DNA of 8,928 nt from Naegleria gruberi (taxonomy: Eukaryota), in NCBI GenBank assembly GCA_000004985.1, contig GG739051.1; one strand, written 5' to 3'. Below the pieces are notes generated by a model. That model had not been told where the DNA came from, ran no database searches, and was given only the letters and a program-made list of their open reading frames with translations. Numbering within the stretch: position 1 is the first letter of the stretch; the number at the start of each line of letters is the position of its first letter. Made by a program: the position numbers and the translations under genes. Below, piece by piece: positions 1 to 7,161 of the stretch.

Positions 1-314
1 TAAACAGTCAAATCGTTTGATTGTTGCTTTTTATCAAATTCAAAGTAATTTTTCAGTAAATTATCATTTTGTAATGGTTTTCTCAATCTCGATTGTTTAA
101 TATTCAATTGATGATTTCTCTTTTTTACTTTAACTTTCATTGTAACATTACTAGTTTCATCAATGAATGACATGTTGTTATTACTACTGCTTGAATCACT
201 CCGTCTAATCCCATGATTATTATTATTAGTACAAGTATTAGTATTAGTAGTAGTAGTAGTAGTAGTAGTATTATTATTACTATTATAAGTGTCTCTATTA
301 GTATTATTCTTCAT
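1..314 (-). CDS. Paralog A of a local gene family, 5' part only. The ATG is at 314-312 and the gene continues past position 1. Hand translation: MKNNTNRDTYNSNNNTTTTTTTTTNTNTCTNNNNHGIRRSDSSSSNNNMSFIDETSNVTMKVKVKKRNHQLNIKQSRLRKPLQNDNLLKNYFEFDKKQQSNDLTV...
   Basis: I translated the minus strand by hand. The frame is open from the in-frame stop at 344-342, through the first ATG at 314-312, to the window edge (more than 100 codons). Residues 48-95 align almost residue for residue with the N-terminus of ORFs 3131..3703 and 4799.. (MSFIDETSNVT.K.KVKKRN..L.IKQSRLRKPLQNDNLLKNYFEFDK). The ORF track omits it because it runs off the window. Confidence 0.6.
   Translation of the reverse strand, partial: MKNNTNRDTYNSNNNTTTTTTTTNTNTCTNNNNHGIRRSDSSSSNNNMSFIDETSNVTMKVKVKKRNHQLNIKQSRLRKPLQNDNLLKNYFEFDKKQQSNDLTV
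241..270 (-). repeat. (AGT)n trinucleotide microsatellite, about 9-10 units. It encodes a poly-Thr run in the N-terminal extension that only paralog A has.
   Basis: The run of agt repeats at 241-270 is directly visible. It reads ACT (Thr) in the minus-strand frame. Confidence 0.8.
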
Positions 315-412
315 TGTAATGTTGATTGTGGTAATTATTCTTCAATTTTTTGATTGTTGTATTGTTTTTGTCTTGCTGCTGTGGTTATTGTTGTGGTTGT
401 TGAGAAGTATTG

Positions 413-451
413 AAGTTATATACTCATACCATATTTAGAACATGCCAAATG
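413..451 (-). promoter_or_regulatory. Putative core promoter of paralog A. On the minus strand it reads CATTTGGCATGTTCTA (plus 451-436), then AAATATGG, then TATATA (plus 422-417), about 100-137 bp upstream of the ATG.
   Basis: The same 16-mer, CATTTGGCATGTTCTA, followed by a TA[AT]AT[AT]GG box, lies at the equivalent distance upstream of paralogs B (2996-3018) and C (4691-4712). The leader that follows is CAA/CCA-rich, as in B and C. Confidence 0.45.
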
Positions 452-1762
452 TAAACTCAAGTTTGAAATATATCAAAGTTTTTGTAAATTAAACTAATTC
501 TATTGTAAGCCTTTCATAATAGTTTCATATATTTACCTAATATAAAATGATTTGAATGTGCTTGACTATTGATGCTACTCAATTATTGGCCAACTCTTGA
601 TTATATCTTGACTATTCAATGGACACACAGAGAGTACTCACTGTGTAGGGTTTGCTAGCTAATAAGAGAAATTGATTTGAAATGATTTTTTTCACTCATC
701 ATTTTCATGTGATCACATCCAATGTTGATTTGTTGAAAGTGGTGTTGAGTTTCTGCAGAAAACAAGGAAATTGATGATGTGTTGGTTGCGTGGTTGGTGA
801 AAAACAATGCACTGCTGCAGGTAGGTCTGTCACTTCGTTCTATACTAAATTGAAAGAGTCTACAAACGGATAGGCTTAAAATTGTGAAATAATCTCATTA
901 TTAGTACTATTAATTACGAAAGGACCTTTACAACTCATAAAAATGATGTGATGAACAATGATGGAGTGATTTGTTTGACATTTGTTATTTCTCTTATATA
1001 TCTGTTCGTATCAAATCAATGCATGTGTTGGTTCCTACCACTTGATGATACATGCGATGCATTTATCTTCCATCATCATACGATGTAAATATTATATTAC
1101 ATGTATTACATGTGTTATTATTACCAACACGCACCAGTGAGCTAATAATCATATTAAAAAATTGTCTCTTGTGGGATAGAGGGTGATGACATTTTTTTGT
1201 GAGTTTTAAAGATGGATTTCATATTTGGGAGGTTTCCAAACAGATACCTCACATTGTGCTGATTAATTCTCATCAATAAGTGCAATAATTCATACAACTT
1301 ATATTCCATTCATTGATCATCTATATTGACAGAATCATCATCCAATTGATTCAATATCATCCTATATGGGTTTAATAACTGTGTTATATGATAAAACTCA
1401 ATAGTTTATACCCCACAATTTATGGAGATTAAATCACACACTCATCTATTTGAATAAGATCTCATCCAAACAAATTAACATTCCAAGAATTGATCAGAGA
1501 TATATTACTGTCTCTTAATGTTTAAAAGGCAATCATTTCACAAATTATAGAGTTATCCATAGATCTTCTTAAGCATCAATGAATCAAAGAAGGAAACTGT
1601 CTTTTTTATATTAATAGGGCGCAGTGGTTTCCTTAACATTTAAAATAAATGGCTTTGTTCTCTGAATAAATTCATATTAAGGATGAAAATAAAAAACAAA
1701 TACCAATATATTATTATTATTAACCATTAACAATACTCAACACTACTACTACTATTACAAGA

Positions 1763-2124
1763 ATGAAAAGTTGTGAAAATTATTCCTTAACATTGAATCA
1801 CCAACANNNNNNNNNNNNNNNNNNNNNNNNNNNNNNNNNNNNNNNNNNNNNNNNNNNNNNNCAACAGAGCCTATTACTACTTGCTCATCTTTAGCTAATA
1901 ATCATAATGATGATGATGCTTATATTAGAGTGAGAAGACCTTCGGAGCACAAAAGTACATGTACCAGTGAAGATAATATTATTATTCAACCATTATCATC
2001 ATCACCATTATTCAATAATATTACTCCTAGGAAGACCACTACTATAACAACGACCAATATTGCTACAACAACAAGTGAACGTAAGCATAGAACTGCAATA
2101 ACCTTCCAAGAATTATTAAATTAA
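1763..2124 (+). CDS. Hypothetical small protein whose ORF spans the 55-N gap. The 5' part (ATG 1763, MKSCENYSLTLNHQ..) and the 3' part (..TEPITTCSSLANNHNDDDAYIRVRRPSEHKSTCTSEDNIIIQPLSSSPLFNNITPRKTTTITTTNIATTTSERKHRTAITFQELLN*) are joined only by assumption. Whether the frame is continuous across the gap is unknown.
   Basis: After the gap only one frame is open, for 87 codons up to the TAA at 2122-2124. That is unusual at this AT content. The ORF-track 'M' at 1930 is a GTG, not an ATG. Before the gap a frame is open from 1724 with an ATG at 1763. AATAAA at 2186-2191 lies about 65 bp past the stop. Confidence 0.3.
1807..1861. other. Assembly gap (55 N).
   Basis: Run of n. Confidence 0.99.
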
Positions 2125-2185
2125 TTTTTTTGCTCAAAGATGACATCAAAGCCTGTATCCACGTTATTTCGAATTGAAAAAGTTA

Positions 2186-2191
2186 AATAAA
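2186..2191 (+). terminator. Putative poly(A) signal AATAAA for the 1763-2124 ORF. It sits in the loop of an 8-bp inverted repeat (2149-2156 and 2192-2199).
   Basis: The hexamer is about 65 bp downstream of the stop. aagcctgt and acaggctt are exact reverse complements. Confidence 0.3.
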
Positions 2192-2737
2192 ACAGGCTTG
2201 TAAAATGTTATTTAATGAATGGAAATAGAAACGCATGCTTGAATAAGTGATATACTCGAAACCTGCCATATTCAACTTTGATACTTAGAATATCAATTTG
2301 GAGTTTTAGACACCGATAGGTTGGCATCTTCAAAAAAATTGAGTCAACCCGCTAAGCGCTGGACAAAACCTTCAGCACACAACCTCGGTTCCATCATCTG
2401 ATGCTTTTCATGTTGTATTTCTTCAACAACATCCATAATATAGTTTAACAAGATACATGTGTCTCGGAAGAACAATTACAAATGTTAATAATATTAGCCT
2501 TAGAGTGTTATTAGATGCATGTGCTACATCATAATGTAGGTGATGGTAAAAACAAGATGTGTGTGCCTGATCTGACTGTAAACAGCAACAACTTGTAATC
2601 CACAATATATTGTGTTGGTTACATCTGACCTTTCAATTAGTCTAACTGGCCACAACTTACTGGATTCCTCTTCTAGCCAAATGAAGATGATGTGTTGTGA
2701 TAATGGAAACAGATTGATTTGGATACTTGATAATTGT

Positions 2738-3542
2738 TGGACAATTGGAATATTAGAGAACTATTATTGAGAACACAATACATATTTAATACTAACCAGT
2801 TTTAGACTTTCTAATTTAATATTGAGATTTCATCTCTCATGGCAGAGTACAATAGTGCTTGCTATGTGGTCTATTCATTGTTACAACTGATTGTCCAACA
2901 AAAAAACAACAACAAGTAGCATTGAATTATCAATCTCAAATAATATAGGTATGTTGATAGAAAACAACAGCACTGTATCTATTGGAATGAATGTTCATTT
3001 GGCATGTTCTATATATGGAATGCTGTCTTATAAAAGAAGGTCAAATAACAGCAACAACAAGTTAGTACAACAAAAATACCACAACAAGAGTGATTAATTT
3101 TATTAAAAAATAATCAAGAACACATATCCAATGAAGAAGAATCAGAATTCCAACAACATGTCATTCATTGATGAAACTAGCAATGTTACAAAGAAAGCAA
3201 AAGTGAAAAAGAGAAATAAGGAATTGAAAATTAAACAATCGAGATTGAGAAAACCATTACAAAATGATAATTTATTGAAAAATTATTTTGAATTTGATAA
3301 GCAACAATTAACAGAAAGTGATTTGACTATTTACAAAATTATTAATCCACCAAATGCATCAACCACCATCATTGATAATTCTAATACTTCTAGTAGTATT
3401 GAAAATAATACAACATGTCCAATAGAAACATCAACAGTTGATACAATTATTACATGTCAGAAGGTTAAATGCAAAACTATGAATAATACTAATAATTTGA
3501 ATCAACATGCATCTAGTAATATTGAATATTCATCATCATCAC
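2738..3542 (+). repeat. Tandem segmental duplication, unit 1 (promoter plus 5' CDS of paralog B). It matches 4433-5207. Weaker similarity extends upstream to about 2500, matching about 4255.
   Basis: By eye the two units align with a period of 1668 bp (ATG 3131 and ATG 4799). The first 233 nt of the CDS are identical apart from one synonymous change (aat/aac). The proximal promoter is about 90% identical with indels, including one of 27 bp. Farther upstream only short motifs are shared, for example aacttgtaatcca at 2590-2602 and 4324-4336. Confidence 0.85.
2976..3018 (+). promoter_or_regulatory. Putative promoter of paralog B. It has an inverted CCAAT (attgg, 2981-2985), the conserved CATTTGGCATGTTCTA (2996-3011) and a TATA-like ctatatatgg (3009-3018), about 115-150 bp upstream of the ATG.
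   Basis: The block is conserved with paralog C (4671-4712). The 16-mer is also conserved upstream of paralog A. A CAA-rich leader follows. Confidence 0.5.
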
Positions 3543-3703
3543 TAACAATCAACTCAATCAACAGCAGTAGTGGTGGAAGCAGTACTAGTGGAAGCAGCAG
3601 TAGTGCATGCAGTGATAATACTTCAAAAGAAGAAGAAGAAGAAGCAGTAGAATTTGATGATTGTGAAAGCTTTCTCAGTTCAATTTCGTTTCTTTTTAAT
3701 TAA
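3131..3703 (+). CDS. Paralog B, complete, 190 aa. It has a basic N-terminal module that looks like a bipartite NLS (KKAKVKKRNKELKIKQSRLRK), an NYFEFD motif, a Ser/Thr/Asn-rich middle and an acidic C-terminus (SKEEEEEAVEFDDCESFLSSISFLFN). Function unknown.
   Basis: The ORF runs from ATG to TAA. The N-terminal half is duplicated at 4799 with in-frame indels only (a 3-nt difference across the variable block plus a 6-nt tgtcag indel), which argues for coding constraint. The module is conserved in minus-strand paralog A. AATAAA lies 76 bp past the stop. Confidence 0.7.
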   Translation: MKKNQNSNNMSFIDETSNVTKKAKVKKRNKELKIKQSRLRKPLQNDNLLKNYFEFDKQQLTESDLTIYKIINPPNASTTIIDNSNTSSSIENNTTCPIETSTVDTIITCQKVKCKTMNNTNNLNQHASSNIEYSSSSLTINSINSSSGGSSTSGSSSSACSDNTSKEEEEEAVEFDDCESFLSSISFLFN

Positions 3704-3778
3704 GTTCTCTCTTTGAAACAGTTTTACGAGTAGTATTTACGCATGTCTATTTATGATCTATTCAAATTAAGGTCAATC

Positions 3779-3784
3779 AATAAA
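3779..3784 (+). terminator. Putative poly(A) signal AATAAA for paralog B.
   Basis: caataaacatg lies about 76 bp downstream of the TAA at 3701-3703. Confidence 0.35.
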
Positions 3785-4670
3785 CATGTAAAATTACTAA
3801 AAACATTAAATTAGCTCACACAATCATCGTTTCCAAAAGTTGTATTACTTTAAGATTTTTTAAATAATTGTACAATTATTGAATGCATGCTACAACAAGT
3901 ACTATAAGTTCTTCATCGAACAGGTGAGCACTATTCATTTCTTGCGTGCATGTGTTGCAAGAGAGAGATACGAATAAACATTAATCTAGTTGTCCAACTT
4001 ACTTTTTATGAATATCGCATGAACGAGTTCTACCTTCCTTATTCAATCCTGAGAACACATTTGGGGTCTAGAAAGCAATTACAACTTTAAAAAAAATTGA
4101 ATCATGATGACAAAGCTAGAAAACCACACATGCTTTTACTATCTCAACACTTGGTAGATGTGTGTTGTATTTTTTGAAAATGTTTCAACAACAATTTATT
4201 TCGCGAAAGGTTTTGTGAGCCTTAAAGTGTTGTTGATGGCTTTTTAGAATCACATGTATTTATTGCATGCATGTGGTGAAGCATCATGATGATGATCTAA
4301 TTGTTTGTTTGATGCATGTATCAAACTTGTAATCCATTGCATGCATCTAATAACACATCCATTCAACCTTCACATGCCGAATCATCATGGTTAAACATGC
4401 ATGTCTATCATTTGTATTCGAATGGCTAATAGTCGGGCAATGGGAAATTAGAGAACTATTATTGAGAATAATTCCACTTATTTAATACTAACCACTTATA
4501 GACTTTCTAATTTAATCATTTGATTACATAACAACTCTCGCCAAGGCTTCATGACTTTGGTTTACAACAAAAAAATCATCAACAAGCATCTACATTCAAT
4601 CCAGTTATTACATTGACCTATCAATCTCAAATATCAATAATAGGTATGTTGATTGAAAACAACAACACTG

Positions 4671-4712
4671 TATCTATTGGAATGAATGTACATTTGGCAT
4701 GTTCTATAATTG
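4671..4712 (+). promoter_or_regulatory. Putative promoter of paralog C. It has an inverted CCAAT (attgg, 4676-4680), CATTTGGCATGTTCTA (4691-4706) and a TATA-like taattgg.
   Basis: Aligned copy of 2976-3018. It sits 27 bp closer to the ATG because of an indel in the leader. Confidence 0.5.
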
Positions 4713-4798
4713 GTAATCAAACTTATTAAAGAAAGTCAAATAACAGCAACAACAAGAGTGATTAATTTTATTAAAAAATAATCAAGAACACATATCCA

Positions 4799-5207
4799 AT
4801 GAAGAAGAACCAGAATTCCAACAACATGTCATTCATTGATGAAACTAGCAATGTTACAAAGAAAGCAAAAGTGAAAAAGAGAAATAAGGAATTGAAAATT
4901 AAACAATCGAGATTGAGAAAACCATTACAAAATGATAATTTATTGAAAAATTATTTTGAATTTGATAAGCAACAATTAACAGAAAGTGATTTGACTATTT
5001 ACAAAATTATTAATCCACCAAATGCATCTACTGACAATACTTTTTCAGAAAATATTACAACTTGCTCGAATGCATCATCATTATCATCAGGTACTAGTGA
5101 AAATGTAAAGGATACAATTATTACAAAGGTTAAATGCAAAACTATGAATAATACTAATAATTTGAATCAACATGCATCTAGTAATATTGAATATTCATCA
5201 TCATCAC
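4799..5207 (+). CDS. Paralog C, 5' part only. The 3' end is lost in the 1784-N gap. Residues 1-78 are identical to B, the next roughly 26 aa are unrelated (DNTFSENITTCSNASSLSSGTSENVK), and identity then resumes (DTIITKVKCKTMNNTNNLNQHASSNIEYSSSS).
   Basis: The ORF starts at ATG 4799 and is open up to the N run. The alignment to B at nucleotide and protein level was done by eye. Everything in the ORF-track entry beyond 5207 is X from the gap. Confidence 0.65.
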
Positions 5208-6991
5208 NNNNNNNNNNNNNNNNNNNNNNNNNNNNNNNNNNNNNNNNNNNNNNNNNNNNNNNNNNNNNNNNNNNNNNNNNNNNNNNNNNNNNNNNNNNNN
5301 NNNNNNNNNNNNNNNNNNNNNNNNNNNNNNNNNNNNNNNNNNNNNNNNNNNNNNNNNNNNNNNNNNNNNNNNNNNNNNNNNNNNNNNNNNNNNNNNNNNN
5401 NNNNNNNNNNNNNNNNNNNNNNNNNNNNNNNNNNNNNNNNNNNNNNNNNNNNNNNNNNNNNNNNNNNNNNNNNNNNNNNNNNNNNNNNNNNNNNNNNNNN
5501 NNNNNNNNNNNNNNNNNNNNNNNNNNNNNNNNNNNNNNNNNNNNNNNNNNNNNNNNNNNNNNNNNNNNNNNNNNNNNNNNNNNNNNNNNNNNNNNNNNNN
5601 NNNNNNNNNNNNNNNNNNNNNNNNNNNNNNNNNNNNNNNNNNNNNNNNNNNNNNNNNNNNNNNNNNNNNNNNNNNNNNNNNNNNNNNNNNNNNNNNNNNN
5701 NNNNNNNNNNNNNNNNNNNNNNNNNNNNNNNNNNNNNNNNNNNNNNNNNNNNNNNNNNNNNNNNNNNNNNNNNNNNNNNNNNNNNNNNNNNNNNNNNNNN
5801 NNNNNNNNNNNNNNNNNNNNNNNNNNNNNNNNNNNNNNNNNNNNNNNNNNNNNNNNNNNNNNNNNNNNNNNNNNNNNNNNNNNNNNNNNNNNNNNNNNNN
5901 NNNNNNNNNNNNNNNNNNNNNNNNNNNNNNNNNNNNNNNNNNNNNNNNNNNNNNNNNNNNNNNNNNNNNNNNNNNNNNNNNNNNNNNNNNNNNNNNNNNN
6001 NNNNNNNNNNNNNNNNNNNNNNNNNNNNNNNNNNNNNNNNNNNNNNNNNNNNNNNNNNNNNNNNNNNNNNNNNNNNNNNNNNNNNNNNNNNNNNNNNNNN
6101 NNNNNNNNNNNNNNNNNNNNNNNNNNNNNNNNNNNNNNNNNNNNNNNNNNNNNNNNNNNNNNNNNNNNNNNNNNNNNNNNNNNNNNNNNNNNNNNNNNNN
6201 NNNNNNNNNNNNNNNNNNNNNNNNNNNNNNNNNNNNNNNNNNNNNNNNNNNNNNNNNNNNNNNNNNNNNNNNNNNNNNNNNNNNNNNNNNNNNNNNNNNN
6301 NNNNNNNNNNNNNNNNNNNNNNNNNNNNNNNNNNNNNNNNNNNNNNNNNNNNNNNNNNNNNNNNNNNNNNNNNNNNNNNNNNNNNNNNNNNNNNNNNNNN
6401 NNNNNNNNNNNNNNNNNNNNNNNNNNNNNNNNNNNNNNNNNNNNNNNNNNNNNNNNNNNNNNNNNNNNNNNNNNNNNNNNNNNNNNNNNNNNNNNNNNNN
6501 NNNNNNNNNNNNNNNNNNNNNNNNNNNNNNNNNNNNNNNNNNNNNNNNNNNNNNNNNNNNNNNNNNNNNNNNNNNNNNNNNNNNNNNNNNNNNNNNNNNN
6601 NNNNNNNNNNNNNNNNNNNNNNNNNNNNNNNNNNNNNNNNNNNNNNNNNNNNNNNNNNNNNNNNNNNNNNNNNNNNNNNNNNNNNNNNNNNNNNNNNNNN
6701 NNNNNNNNNNNNNNNNNNNNNNNNNNNNNNNNNNNNNNNNNNNNNNNNNNNNNNNNNNNNNNNNNNNNNNNNNNNNNNNNNNNNNNNNNNNNNNNNNNNN
6801 NNNNNNNNNNNNNNNNNNNNNNNNNNNNNNNNNNNNNNNNNNNNNNNNNNNNNNNNNNNNNNNNNNNNNNNNNNNNNNNNNNNNNNNNNNNNNNNNNNNN
6901 NNNNNNNNNNNNNNNNNNNNNNNNNNNNNNNNNNNNNNNNNNNNNNNNNNNNNNNNNNNNNNNNNNNNNNNNNNNNNNNNNNNNNNNNNNN
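5208..6991. other. Assembly gap (1784 N). It starts inside the Ser-rich low-complexity coding part of paralog C.
   Basis: Run of n. Its length (1784 bp) is close to the tandem period (1668 bp). Confidence 0.99.
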
Positions 6992-7161
6992 ATATTCTTG
7001 AATATTCTCCAAATAATTCAAATTGTATTGATCGTGAGATTTTACAACTTTCAAAACACATACAATATGTTAATAATAATAGATACATTCAAATAATAGA
7101 TATCAAGTTGATGAGTATTTTGCAAAATATTGAATTTTGAATTATTTTAATAATTTACAAT

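Larger units (their letters stand above)
4433..5207 (+). repeat. Tandem segmental duplication, unit 2 (promoter plus 5' CDS of paralog C). It is truncated by the assembly gap.
   Basis: See unit 1. Identity with paralog B continues right up to the last base before the N run (catcatcatcac matches 3531-3542). Confidence 0.85.

Noticed and set aside
940-1070. snoRNA-like C-box motifs (GTGATGA at 948-954, TTGATGA near 1042).
   Set aside because: No appropriately spaced D box (CTGA) or terminal stem could be found. UGAUGA is common in AT-rich sequence.
1140-1905. 13-14-mer agctaataatcata repeated at 1140-1153 and 1892-1905, read as a possible dispersed repeat or TIR.
   Set aside because: Several chance 13-mer matches are expected in an AT-rich 9-kb window. 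There is no extended similarity around either copy.
2160-2180. tRNA B-box-like string (tttcgaattg) and similar strings at 4410 and 8763.
   Set aside because: There is no GGTTCGANTCC consensus, no A box at the right spacing, and no cloverleaf-compatible flanks.
2423-2605. 60-aa minus-strand ORF (MWITSCCC...).
   Set aside because: It is Cys-rich and implausible in composition. It lies in diverged non-coding DNA homologous to the upstream flank of C, with no conservation of frame.
2891-3097. 68-aa plus-strand ORF (MSNKKTTTSSIELSISNNIGMLIENN...).
   Set aside because: It overlaps the conserved B promoter and leader. The aligned region upstream of C has a 27-bp indel and other changes that break the frame. 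The leader is non-coding, so the ORF is most likely chance.
2947-3120. AG|GTATGT (2947-2954 and 4641-4648), read as a possible splice donor for an intron of about 170 nt in the 5' leader of B and C, ending at ...aataatcaag.
   Set aside because: No upstream coding exon exists to splice from. The conserved CCAAT, 16-mer and TATA block lies inside the supposed intron, so this is more simply a promoter. It cannot be excluded without transcript data.
4799-7096. ORF-track entries that run through the N gap (4799..7096 +, 5172..7001 +, 5178..7088 -, 5204..7054 -), shown as long proteins made of X.
   Set aside because: They are artefacts of translating the 1784-N placeholder. Only 4799-5207 is real sequence. 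The short translated tails after 6992 are unsupported.
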